Source: an uncultured Gemmatimonadales bacterium (lineage in GTDB: Bacteria; Gemmatimonadota; Gemmatimonadetes; Gemmatimonadales; GWC2-71-9). From it: a stretch of 64,000 bases of DNA. Every line of letters starts with the position of its first letter. Position 1 is the stretch's first letter. A program made the translations under genes and the position numbers. The notes beneath the pieces are model-generated. The model saw only the letters and a program-made list of their open reading frames with translations. It searched no databases and was not told where the DNA came from. Location: contig CAWCVB010000002.1 of the NCBI GenBank assembly GCA_963798915.1, positions 480,001-544,000 on the forward strand. The letters run 5' to 3'. Below, in pieces: positions 39,505-48,969 of this stretch.

Positions 39505-41171
39505 GGGCGGTCTTCCCCGGTCGGCGGCTCGGCCGCAACAGGCAGCGAAACCTCGAACCGTGAGCCGACGCCCGGGCTGCTCTTGGCGCGCAGTCCGCCG
39601 CCCAGGTCCATGACCAGCCGGCGCACACTTGAAAGCCCCAGCCCCGTTCCAGTGGGCTTGGTGGTGTGGAAATCACGGAAGGCGCGGTCGAGCTCTGCGG
39701 CGGTCATTCCATGTCCGGTGTCCGCTACGGACATCATCACCATTCCGTCCCGCTGCTCCAGGCCGACCTCCACGGATCCTTCCCCAGCTGGCAAGCTCTC
39801 GAGCGCATTCGCAATCAGATTATGCATGATGCGGCGCACCGCCGCACCATCGGCGGCCGCGCTCGCGGTGGCGCTCTCTTCCGGAACGTGCAGCGTGACT
39901 CGCGCGTCGCCAATGTCACGAATCACGTGGGCCAGGGTGTCGGCCAGCGGCAGACGGGAACCCTCCCCAGACGCGGCCGCGGGCGAGAGCTGGGCGTAGC
40001 TGCGCGCAATCTCCTCGAGATGGGCTACCCCGCCGGTAAGCGTGGATTCGCGCTCGCGAAACACCGATTGCAGCTCGGCTGCATCCGCTTCAGTGGCGAG
40101 CTGCGAAAGATGGCGCAGGACGTTCCGGATCGGGGCGAGCCCATTCTTGATGTCGTGATTGACCTGACGTGCCAGGTCTCCCGTGACGGCGCGCCGCTCG
40201 GCTTCACGAAGCTGACCGAGACTGCGCCGCAGCCGATGTTGCATGCCACCGAGCGCGGTGCTCAGCCGGCCGATTTCGTCCGGACGTCCGCTGGCAAAAT
40301 CCTGGTCAAGATGTTCCAGGTCCATGCCTTCAGCCTGCTCGGTGAGGTCCCGCAACGGCCGGCTGATGCGCGAGCCCAGCAGCAATGCCAGGAGGACAGC
40401 CAGGATCCCGCTGAGCGCAAGCGCCGTGGCAAGCTGGTGCGATAGCGCGGCGCGCATGGTGGCGAGGTCGCTTCTGCGGCGCCAGATCATGATCGTCGCA
40501 ACGGCATCCGTCGCGGCCGAATCGGCGATCAGCGGCAGGATGAAGCGCGCGACAACCGGGTGCGCCGTTGCCTGTTCGCCTGGCAGGACGAGGGAAACCG
40601 CCATCGCCGTATCTGGCGCCAGGCTGGCGAGCCAGAACGAGTCAAGCACTGTCCCACCGCTGACGACGAGGGTCCTGCCAGACACGGTGACGCGTGCCGC
40701 CCGGGCCAGAACCGGTGCCGACCCGCTGGGCTGCCGCGCGAGGAGCACCCGATTCGAGTCTGCATCCACATCCATCAGTGGCGCCGGCTGTCCATACAGG
40801 GCACGGTACTGGCCCGCGCTCAGCACGATCCCGGTTGAGTCCTGCACCTGGAGGACGTCGAGCCGGGCGGTGCGCATGGCCCCATCCGCAAAATTGATGA
40901 GCCAGCGCTTTGCTGCGGCTTCGCCGCGAAGTGCTCCGGCGGCGCGGGGATCCCGTGCCAGATCGCCAGCGACTTCCTGAAGCTGGCGCGCAATCCGCCG
41001 GCCTTCGATCTCGAGGGCGCCCGAAGCCACGGAGGAAGCCTGCCGGTCCTCGGCCGCTTCGCCCTGGGCCAGCCGATCCGTCATCTCGCGGCGGACGCCC
41101 AGGGCAAAGAAGATGAGCGGGATGAGCGCCGCACCCAGCAGCGCCAGCACGAGGCGACCGCGAAAGGTCAC
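39501..41171 (-). CDS. HAMP-domain sensor histidine kinase
   Basis: Two TM helices, HAMP (DEIG.L), HDIKNGL, NLIANA, DTGHG, GTGLGL. Confidence 0.93.
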   Translation of the reverse strand: MTFRGRLVLALLGAALIPLIFFALGVRREMTDRLAQGEAAEDRQASSVASGALEIEGRRIARQLQEVAGDLARDPRAAGALRGEAAAKRWLINFADGAMRTARLDVLQVQDSTGIVLSAGQYRALYGQPAPLMDVDADSNRVLLARQPSGSAPVLARAARVTVSGRTLVVSGGTVLDSFWLASLAPDTAMAVSLVLPGEQATAHPVVARFILPLIADSAATDAVATIMIWRRRSDLATMRAALSHQLATALALSGILAVLLALLLGSRISRPLRDLTEQAEGMDLEHLDQDFASGRPDEIGRLSTALGGMQHRLRRSLGQLREAERRAVTGDLARQVNHDIKNGLAPIRNVLRHLSQLATEADAAELQSVFRERESTLTGGVAHLEEIARSYAQLSPAAASGEGSRLPLADTLAHVIRDIGDARVTLHVPEESATASAAADGAAVRRIMHNLIANALESLPAGEGSVEVGLEQRDGMVMMSVADTGHGMTAAELDRAFRDFHTTKPTGTGLGLSSVRRLVMDLGGGLRAKSSPGVGSRFEVSLPVAAEPPTGEDRP

Positions 41172-41929
41172 GGACCGGCTCGCGTGATGAGCGTTGCCCG
41201 GGTTTCCAGCAGCGCAGTGAGTCGCGCGTCGCAGAAAAGCACTGGGGCGCGTCCGGTGTTGAGCAGCGGAATGGCGACCACGACACCGGCCTCCCGGCCG
41301 TCACTCAGCGCCCACGCAAACTCGCGCTGGGCTAGCGGAGCCGAGGTCAGCCTGGCGAGTGCTGCCAGCCGCTCGGCGACTTGTCGCGCCACCACGTCGG
41401 ATTGGAGATAGACGATGCGCGGACGGGCCGTCGCGGCACGGGCAATCGTGCTGTCGCACGGGATGGCGAGCGGTGGCGGGGTGATGGACGGTTGCGCGTC
41501 GGTGGTCACGGCGAAGCGGGCGAGATCGTCACGCACGGCGGCGGCCGAACCTGAGTCCGCCAAGCCAGGCACCGGAACGATGCTGTCGGAGACCAGGGCA
41601 TAGAGTCTGCCCCACGGCAGGAGCTCTGCATGAACGACATCGGCGGGCAGCGATGGATGGAACGGGCCGTGGGTCAGCAGCGGAAGCCGGCCCATCGACA
41701 CCAGCGTGGCCGCGTCACCGGTGTCGGCCAGCTGCCAGTGCAGCGCCGCTGCGTGGAGCATACGCGCCAGCGTGTCGGTGGACAGCGCCAGCGTGTCGCG
41801 CGCATCCGTCACCCAGACGGTGACTGTGTCGGATGGTACCGGACCGGGTGCCGCTGCAGGCGCTTGCGGCCCGGCGCACGCGGCAAGCAGCATGAGTGCC
41901 AGGCCAGGCTGTGCCGCCTTCAAGCTCAT
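41168..41929 (-). CDS. Hypothetical lipoprotein coupled to the kinase gene
   Basis: Lipobox LAAC; GTGA overlap with the kinase start. Confidence 0.7.
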   Translation of the reverse strand: MSLKAAQPGLALMLLAACAGPQAPAAAPGPVPSDTVTVWVTDARDTLALSTDTLARMLHAAALHWQLADTGDAATLVSMGRLPLLTHGPFHPSLPADVVHAELLPWGRLYALVSDSIVPVPGLADSGSAAAVRDDLARFAVTTDAQPSITPPPLAIPCDSTIARAATARPRIVYLQSDVVARQVAERLAALARLTSAPLAQREFAWALSDGREAGVVVAIPLLNTGRAPVLFCDARLTALLETRATLITRAGP

Positions 41930-41966
41930 GCGAGAAAGCTATCCGGTTCCGCCGGGGAGCGCCGCA

Positions 41967-43727
41967 CTATTCGCGCTCCACGAACAGCTGACCCTCCCAG
42001 CCGCTGATGTGGAGGGAGTCAGTGTCATCGCGGGACGCGTAGATGTGATCCAGGGCGAGCAGGAAGCGCCAAGTCGGCACTGACCGCTCCACTCTGAGCG
42101 CGCTGACCTTGGCGCCGCTGTCAGCCAGCTGGAAGTTGTCGTAGATCGAGTCGATCGCGAAGCTCATCTGCGGCATGCTGTCCGGCTGCACCCGAAGTCG
42201 GGCGCGGGTGGAATCGATCCGGATTCGCACCACATGGCCGCCCAGGTGGATGGTGGCCGTGTCATGGCTGGTGCCCACCCGGATCATCCAGTCGTAGCCG
42301 GAGACCGGCACTCCCTCGGACGCTGGCCTGACGACCTGCTGGGGCGCCAGCTGGGATCGTGCGCTCGCCGCCGAATAGCGGATTCCCCGGGATTTCAGCA
42401 GCCGGTTGGCGACGCTGTCGCGTGCGGGCCAGGTGATGGAGGCGAGTTGCACCCCCTGCAAAGCCGAATCGCCGAACACACCCCGGATGGCCCCAGTGGC
42501 ATTGTACTGGAGCAGGAATCCCAGCGCGGCGCTGGCCTGGCGCGCTCGCTCGCGGGTGGCATGCGGCTGGTTCAGCAAGGCCTTCAGGCGATCGGCCTGG
42601 CTGTCCACTGCGAGTGTCCGCACGCCCAGCGGACCGCCAAAGCAGATGGCCAGCACGGCGGCCAGGGAGAGAGGAATGGTCCGGATGCTGGTGCCGCGCG
42701 CGACCGTGTAGAGCACCGCAATGGCGAGCAGCCAGATTCCGAGCACCAGGCCCAGAATGCGGAGCGGAGTGAGGCCGTAAGGCTGGACCCGCTGCCACAG
42801 GGCAAGCAGCAGCATGATGGACGCCGGAATGAGCCCGAGGAAGAGGCCGCGGGTATAGGTGCGGATCCAGGCTTCCTCCGGCAGGGCTCGAAGCGGGTGC
42901 ACCAGCAGGAAGCCAAGGATGCCGGCGACCGACACGCTGGCTACGAGGTAGCCGATCCAGCCGCTGGGCCAGTCGCCGGTGACGATGATCTTGCCCAGGT
43001 AGGCGACCACGATGACCAGGTACACTGCCACCAGCGGCGTCAGCACATACTGGGTGAACAGCTTGAGGGCGCGAGGGTAGGTGGCGTAGCTGAGTTCCTC
43101 CGCCTGGTCGGGCACTCCTGCCAGGAAGATCCACGGATGAACCAGGAACGCCATCAGCAGCCAGAGGCGCAGGTAGGTACGCTCCGGCACATGGATCCCG
43201 AAGAGCTGGTCGAGCGCACCCAGCGCTACGGCCATCCCGGCAAACAGCACTGCGGAAAAGAGTGTCGCGCGGAGGAAGCTCTCGAAGAGCTTGCGGTTGT
43301 ACTGCCAGAACGCGGTCGTCTCACGGCCGCGGATAAAGGGGAGGACCGACACGCCGAGGTGGAAGATGGCAGCGAGCTGCAGGAAGCGAAGCATCTGCTG
43401 CTGCTGCTCCGGACCTGGCCACGTGATGAAGAAGAGCCCAAGGACGACCAGACCGGCGGCCTGCCACACGGACTGCCGGACAACGCTCCAGCCGCGGTAG
43501 GTGGCGAGCAGCGCAACACCGATCGAGAGCGGCAACCCGAGCAGGGCCACCAGCGCAATGCGCCACAACAGGTCATCGCCGCTACTGTCCGCGGCGGCCA
43601 TGGCTGTGCTCGTGGCCACCACCGCAAGGACGAGGGTGAGCGGAAAGCGGCGCAGCACCTGCGTCGCGCGCCGGGTCAGTGCCGACAAAGACGGGAATGG
43701 CATGTGAACTCCCGGGTGCGAGGTCAA
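41967..43727 (-). CDS. DUF4153-like membrane protein
   Basis: RRFP.TL, many TM helices, YVLTPLVAVYL..Y..KI, RVQPYGLT..R. Confidence 0.75.
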   Translation of the reverse strand: MTSHPGVHMPFPSLSALTRRATQVLRRFPLTLVLAVVATSTAMAAADSSGDDLLWRIALVALLGLPLSIGVALLATYRGWSVVRQSVWQAAGLVVLGLFFITWPGPEQQQQMLRFLQLAAIFHLGVSVLPFIRGRETTAFWQYNRKLFESFLRATLFSAVLFAGMAVALGALDQLFGIHVPERTYLRLWLLMAFLVHPWIFLAGVPDQAEELSYATYPRALKLFTQYVLTPLVAVYLVIVVAYLGKIIVTGDWPSGWIGYLVASVSVAGILGFLLVHPLRALPEEAWIRTYTRGLFLGLIPASIMLLLALWQRVQPYGLTPLRILGLVLGIWLLAIAVLYTVARGTSIRTIPLSLAAVLAICFGGPLGVRTLAVDSQADRLKALLNQPHATRERARQASAALGFLLQYNATGAIRGVFGDSALQGVQLASITWPARDSVANRLLKSRGIRYSAASARSQLAPQQVVRPASEGVPVSGYDWMIRVGTSHDTATIHLGGHVVRIRIDSTRARLRVQPDSMPQMSFAIDSIYDNFQLADSGAKVSALRVERSVPTWRFLLALDHIYASRDDTDSLHISGWEGQLFVERE

Positions 43728-44107
43728 CCGCCGCCGAAGACAAAACTGAAGAGCAGCACAGCCAGGACGATGCCGGTGATCACGATGTAGAGTCGGTCCC
43801 GCTGCAGCAGGAACGCAACCAGCGAAAAGACCACCCGTGCTATCGGCGTGGCGATCAGCATGATCATGCCCAGCTGCGTTATGGCCCGGCTGTCCAGCGT
43901 CAGGGCCCCGCGCGCAATTCCACCCAGTGTGGTGAACGTGGCAGGCTCACCCCTGAACAGGTCGTAGCGGGCGATGTCGCTGCCATGGCTGGCCAACCAC
44001 ACCGCGCCGCCAGCCGCGGCCACACCCGCCGCAGACAGCACCCCGATTCGAAGCAGGTTGCTCATCGCCAGCTCGACCTGGTCGCTGTTCCAGCGCGGGG
44101 CCGCCAT
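43724..44107 (-). CDS. DUF1634 membrane protein
   Basis: LLRIGV...GMIMLIATPIARV...RDRLY; usual partner of TauE genes. Confidence 0.85.
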   Translation of the reverse strand: MAAPRWNSDQVELAMSNLLRIGVLSAAGVAAAGGAVWLASHGSDIARYDLFRGEPATFTTLGGIARGALTLDSRAITQLGMIMLIATPIARVVFSLVAFLLQRDRLYIVITGIVLAVLLFSFVFGGG

Positions 44108-44940
44108 CAGATGGTTCCCATGATGCCCTTGTAGAGCATCTCCGCGGCGAGGGTGACCACGACCGCAGTGAACAGGTACCGGAGTGCGCGGGTGGGGACG
44201 CGGGTGAGAACGCGGGCGCCCACCAGCGCCCCCGCCAGCACCCCCAGCATGACCGGCAGGGCCAGCATCGGGTCGATGTAGCCTCGGCTCAGATAGACAC
44301 CGGCACTGGTGGCCGCGGTCACGCCGATCATGAAATTGCTGGTTGTCGTCGAGACCTTGAATGGCAGATGCATGGCGCGATCCATGGCCAGCACCTTGAT
44401 CACGCCGGACCCGATGCCCAGCAGCGCCGAAAGGATGCCAGCCAGGAACATGAGCCCGAAACCCGCCGGCACATTGCGGACCTCGTAGCGCTGCCGGCCC
44501 GCGGGGGTCGGATAGTCGGAGCCGAGGCGAAAGCGGCGGGCCAGGGCATCGGAGTCATCGGTGAGGTGCTCGACATGCGGGCGGAACGACTGCGCAGCGG
44601 TGAAGAGCAGGACAACCGCGAAGATGACCGCGATCACGTTGGGCGAAATCCAGCCGGCCAGGTAGGCACCGCCCAGGGCACCGATCGTGGTGGCGACCTC
44701 CAGCAGCATCCCCACCCGCACGTTGGTGTAGCCCTCGCGCACATACGCGGCCGCCGCCCCGGACGATGTGGCGATGACCGAAATGAGAGACGCGCCGATG
44801 GCATACCTGAGATCCACCCCGAAGGCGAGCGTGAGCAGCGGCACGATCACGATGCCGCCGCCCAGGCCGGTGAGCGCACCCAGCAGCCCGGCGGCGAAGG
44901 CGCCGAGCCCGACCAGCAGGCTCATCATCCATACAGTCAT
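44107..44940 (-). CDS. Sulfite exporter TauE/SafE (TSUP) family permease
   Basis: GLGGGIVIVP, SVIATSSGAA, GIGSG, STTTSNFMIGVTA. Confidence 0.9.
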   Translation of the reverse strand: MTVWMMSLLVGLGAFAAGLLGALTGLGGGIVIVPLLTLAFGVDLRYAIGASLISVIATSSGAAAAYVREGYTNVRVGMLLEVATTIGALGGAYLAGWISPNVIAVIFAVVLLFTAAQSFRPHVEHLTDDSDALARRFRLGSDYPTPAGRQRYEVRNVPAGFGLMFLAGILSALLGIGSGVIKVLAMDRAMHLPFKVSTTTSNFMIGVTAATSAGVYLSRGYIDPMLALPVMLGVLAGALVGARVLTRVPTRALRYLFTAVVVTLAAEMLYKGIMGTI

Positions 44941-45083
44941 GAAGACCGGAACCTAGCGGACCACGTCAGGTCTGTCCAAATGGCGCCAAGCCTCCAAGAT
45001 CAGGCGCCTCGCGGCGCATATCTTGGCCACTCACATCATTCGGTTTCGCCCCTGCGACGGGACGAAATCGTGGAGGTTTTCAC

Positions 45084-45494
45084 GTGTTGAAATATCAGAA
45101 TGCGGCCATCGTTGCCGTGATGGCGGCGCTGGTGTCGTGCTCCGACTCGAACAGCCCCAACAACCCGGCGCCCATGGCGGCGACCGTGACGGCCACCACG
45201 TCACAGACGTTCGATCCCAAGACGGTCCAGGTAGCCACCGGCGGCGCGGTGACGTGGAAGTTCCAGTCACTGGGTCATAATGTCACCTTCGACAACGTCG
45301 CTGGTGCGCCGGCCGACATCGGCGGAGTGAACAGCAATACCAGCATCGCGCGCACCTTCGCTACCAACGGGACGTTCACCTACCACTGCACTATCCATCC
45401 AGGCATGACGGGCACGGTGCAGGTCGTTTCGCCGGCCGTGACCACGACGTCCTCCAGCAGCGACGGTGGCGGTGCTCCTGTCAGCGGGTACTAG
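45084..45494 (+). CDS. Cupredoxin lipoprotein
   Basis: Lipobox LVSC; HNVTF...YHCTIHPGM type-1 Cu ligands. Confidence 0.88.
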   Translation: MLKYQNAAIVAVMAALVSCSDSNSPNNPAPMAATVTATTSQTFDPKTVQVATGGAVTWKFQSLGHNVTFDNVAGAPADIGGVNSNTSIARTFATNGTFTYHCTIHPGMTGTVQVVSPAVTTTSSSSDGGGAPVSGY

Positions 45495-46527
45495 GCGCGT
45501 GCTCGCGGCCGCCGTGGCCCTGCTCACCTTGGCGAGCCCGGCGGCGGCACAGAGCCTGCTCGAACGGGGTCCCAATGTGAGCGGGCCCTGGGCCATTCCG
45601 GTCGGCGTCCTGCAGTTCAACTTTGCCCACCGCTTCAGCCGGAGCCCGGCACCGGAACGCAAGGTGACGGGCTACCCCACGTTCCTGCTGGCGGCAGGGC
45701 TGCCGGGAAGCGTCACGGCCGGGGTGCGATACAGCACCAACTCGACGCTGGTCTCGCGCTATCCCAATGAGTGGGAATTCTTCGGGCAGGTAATGCCGGT
45801 GACGGAGGCGGGCGGCGCTCCGGTGGATGTGGCGCTGACGGGTTCCTGGAACCTCGCCGCTCGAGGCCCGGGCGGGGAACTGTCGCTGGCCCGCACCGCT
45901 GGGCCGGCGCGGATCATTGCCCTGGGCCGATGGATGGCGGATCCGGACAGCAGTGGGAGCGACGCGGCGTTCGGCGGTGGGCTGGTGCTGCGGCTGACCC
46001 GGCATCTTGCGATCGCCGGCGACGCCGTGACCATGGTGCACCGCGACATCGGCGAGCGCGTGGCCTGGAGTGCCGGCCTCCAGGTGGCATTGCCCAATAC
46101 GCCCCACACCCTCTCGCTGCACGTTTCGAATACTGCCACCACCACCGCCCAATCAGGCTCGCGGGGGAGCGGCGATGTGCGGTTCGGTTTCGAGTTCACG
46201 ATCCCCGTGACACTGGCCCGCTATTTCGGCCACCGCGCCAATGGTGGTCCGGCCCAGGTGTCCCGTGACTCCCTGGTCGAGGTCCACATCAAGGATCTCA
46301 AGTTCGCGCCGGCGGTCCTGCAAGTGCGTCCAGGGACCGTGGTGGAATGGGTCAATGATGACCCGCTGGACCACACGGTCACGGCCTCGGATTCTTCCTT
46401 TGCGTCGGGCCTGATCAAGCCCGGTGCCCGGTGGCGTCACCGGTTCACCACCGCCGGAACGACCACCTATGCCTGCACGCCGCATCCCTTCATGCACGGC
46501 GAAGTGCGAGTCGAGCCAGCGCGATGA
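45466..46527 (+). CDS. Beta-barrel-like (DUF5777-like) domain fused to a C-terminal cupredoxin
   Basis: Signal peptide; FNFAHRF...HTLSLHVSN...VRFGFEFT strands; HTVT...YACTPHPFM. Confidence 0.75.
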   Translation: MAVLLSAGTRRVLAAAVALLTLASPAAAQSLLERGPNVSGPWAIPVGVLQFNFAHRFSRSPAPERKVTGYPTFLLAAGLPGSVTAGVRYSTNSTLVSRYPNEWEFFGQVMPVTEAGGAPVDVALTGSWNLAARGPGGELSLARTAGPARIIALGRWMADPDSSGSDAAFGGGLVLRLTRHLAIAGDAVTMVHRDIGERVAWSAGLQVALPNTPHTLSLHVSNTATTTAQSGSRGSGDVRFGFEFTIPVTLARYFGHRANGGPAQVSRDSLVEVHIKDLKFAPAVLQVRPGTVVEWVNDDPLDHTVTASDSSFASGLIKPGARWRHRFTTAGTTTYACTPHPFMHGEVRVEPAR

Positions 46528-46958
46528 CGACTCGCTCGCGGGTCGGTCCTGCGCTCGCGGTGGCGACGGCGCTCGTCGCCGCCGCCTGTTTCTCGGTGCA
46601 CGAGCCATCGACCGACGTTGCGGGCGTCACCTGTGACCGGGCCGCCCAGGCGCCCGGTCCGGATTCCGCGTTCGTGGTCATTCGCGACTTCGCCTTTCAC
46701 CCCGCGACACTCACGGTGGCGGAGGGCACGACCGTCATCTGGATCAATTGTGAAGTGGAAGGAACGCCGGGCCACACCACTACGAGCGATACGTGGGACT
46801 CCCCGACGCTATCACCGGGCGAAAGCTTCGCCGTCATGCCGGAGGTGGGGGAGCATGGCTATCACTGCCGGCCCCACCCCTTCATGACCGGGACGCTGAC
46901 CGTGTCGCCTCAGGCCCTGGCCAGCTCACGGCGGTACCGTGCCGGCGTGATGCCATAG
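46524..46958 (+). CDS. Cupredoxin lipoprotein
   Basis: ATGA overlap; lipobox AAAC; HTTT...YHCRPHPFM. Confidence 0.85.
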   Translation: MTTRSRVGPALAVATALVAAACFSVHEPSTDVAGVTCDRAAQAPGPDSAFVVIRDFAFHPATLTVAEGTTVIWINCEVEGTPGHTTTSDTWDSPTLSPGESFAVMPEVGEHGYHCRPHPFMTGTLTVSPQALASSRRYRAGVMP

Positions 46959-47728
46959 GCGCGCCGGAAATGATTGGTGAAATGACTCTGGTCATAGAAC
47001 CCGGCTCGTTGTGCCACCTGCGCCAGCGGTTCGGCGGAATCGGCGAGTTCGCTCAGGGCGCGCTCCAGCCGCAGCCGGCGCTGCATGTCGCTGATGGAGC
47101 AGCCGAACGCGCGCCGGAAGCCCCGGGCGAGCGTCGCCGGATGCACGCCCACCTCGTCGGCGATCGCGCCCACCGAAAGCGGCGGGGCCACGTGCTCGTG
47201 GATCAGCTCGCGCGCGCGGCGCGCCCATGTCGGGCAGTCGCCGTGATCGGCGGAGTCATCGCGCCGAGCCAGCTGGGCCACCAGTTCGAGCAGCAGGCCC
47301 TCCATGGCAAGCGGCGCGGCGCTGTCGCTCCTCTGGAACTCGAGGTGCAGGCGTCGGGCGATTACCACCTCGGGGCCGGTCAGGAACTGGGCCTGACGCG
47401 ACAGTGCACGGCTGATGTGGGGGTCGGCGCCAAGCCGGGCGGATTCCAGCTCACCCATGAAGCCATGGACGTCCGTACCCCCGAAATGGTTCCAATGACG
47501 CTCACCAGCCGGCATCAGCTTGACCGAAAACGGATGGCAATCGGCCACGTGGCCGGCGCTGTATTCGGAGAACCGTCCGCGGAGTACCAGGCACATCGTC
47601 GGATTCTCGTGCGTGTGCCAGGGGATGACGCCGCCCGCCCGGTGGGTGCCTTCGACGAAGCTGGCACCGGGGACCGTGCGGCGGCGCAATGGCTGGTACT
47701 GGTCGGGGTGGGACATGTCGTGTGCCAT
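46910..47728 (-). CDS. AraC-family regulator
   Basis: Cupin HTHE motif; IADEVGVHP..LAR.F; AGFYDQSHF...YGITP. Confidence 0.92.
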   Translation of the reverse strand: MAHDMSHPDQYQPLRRRTVPGASFVEGTHRAGGVIPWHTHENPTMCLVLRGRFSEYSAGHVADCHPFSVKLMPAGERHWNHFGGTDVHGFMGELESARLGADPHISRALSRQAQFLTGPEVVIARRLHLEFQRSDSAAPLAMEGLLLELVAQLARRDDSADHGDCPTWARRARELIHEHVAPPLSVGAIADEVGVHPATLARGFRRAFGCSISDMQRRLRLERALSELADSAEPLAQVAQRAGFYDQSHFTNHFRRAYGITPARYRRELARA

Positions 47729-47844
47729 GAATGCTCCGAAGCTCTCACGTTCGAATACAAAAATTGACGCCGCCTGCATCAGGCCTTGCACAATCCTTAA
47801 CCGACGGGGACGCGCGCCGGTTCACCTGCGTCCAGGAGGTCGTG

Positions 47845-48831
47845 ATGAAGACATACCGTAACACTACGGGCCAGCTTGCGCTGCTGCTGCTGGGTGTGGT
47901 GGCGTGCGGGGGCTCGGACACCGGCACCAACCCGCCGCCGCCGGATGCGATCATCATCGCCAAGGCCCCAACCGCCAGCGGCGATGCGCAAACCGGCCTG
48001 GTGGGCACGGCGCTCGCCCAGCCAATCCAGATACGTGCCACCCAGAGCGGAAGTCCCAAGGCCGGCGTCACCGTTACGTGGGCGGCGTCGGGAACCGGCG
48101 CCACCGTGAACCCGGCCACGTCCACGACCGATGGCGCCGGCCTCGCCTCCACCACGTGGACCCTTCCCCACGCCGTTGGCAACGCCACGGCGACGGCGAC
48201 GGTCGGATCCGCCACCGGGTCGCCGGTCTCCTTCAGTGCCACGGCCACCGCCGGCGCGGCCAGCCAGCTGGCGATCTTAACCGGAAACGGCCAGACCGGC
48301 ACGGTTGGCGAGGCTCTGGCGGACCCGTTCAGCGTGAAGGTGACGGACGCCTTCGGGAATCCGGTCGCGGGGACGTCCGTGGATTGGGCGGTGACGGCCG
48401 GCAATGGCTCCATCGCTCCGCCCACCGCAACCAGCTCCGCCGCTGGCCTCGCGTCGGCGGTCCTCACCCTTGGCCCCTCGGCCGGGGCAAACACCGCCAC
48501 GGCAAGTGCGACAGGCCTGACCGGGTCGCCGGTCACCTTCAATGCTACTGGCGAAGCGGTTCCGGTGGGTACCGCGGTCACAGTGGGCAATGACTTCTTC
48601 GCGCCGGCAACCCTTCAGACGACGGCAGGTTCCACGGTCACCTGGACTTGGACCAACACCGGCGCGGTGAGTCACAGCGTCCAGTCCACCGGATCGCCGA
48701 GCTTCACGAGCAGCGCCATCATGAATGGGAACGGGAGCACCTATTCGGTCATGTTCACCACCCCCGGCACCTATCACTACGACTGCGCGGTGCATGGGGT
48801 GGCCATGTCGGGCACGATCGTGGTGCAGTAG
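47845..48831 (+). CDS. Lipoprotein with two Ig-like domains and a C-terminal cupredoxin
   Basis: Lipobox VVAC; GDAQTG/GNGQTG...DAFGNPV Ig-like repeats; HSVQ...YDCAVHGVAM. Confidence 0.85.
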   Translation: MKTYRNTTGQLALLLLGVVACGGSDTGTNPPPPDAIIIAKAPTASGDAQTGLVGTALAQPIQIRATQSGSPKAGVTVTWAASGTGATVNPATSTTDGAGLASTTWTLPHAVGNATATATVGSATGSPVSFSATATAGAASQLAILTGNGQTGTVGEALADPFSVKVTDAFGNPVAGTSVDWAVTAGNGSIAPPTATSSAAGLASAVLTLGPSAGANTATASATGLTGSPVTFNATGEAVPVGTAVTVGNDFFAPATLQTTAGSTVTWTWTNTGAVSHSVQSTGSPSFTSSAIMNGNGSTYSVMFTTPGTYHYDCAVHGVAMSGTIVVQ

Positions 48832-48969
48832 GGCCGGGTGCCGTTCCGCGCTCTGGGGGCGGCTGTGACATTCTTCCGGGCGTCTTCATCAAATCTTCCG
48901 GCGGCGCCCGCCGGGGCCGGCTAGCTTATCAGACGGGAATCATCGGCCCCTGTCCCTGCAGAGGAATTC

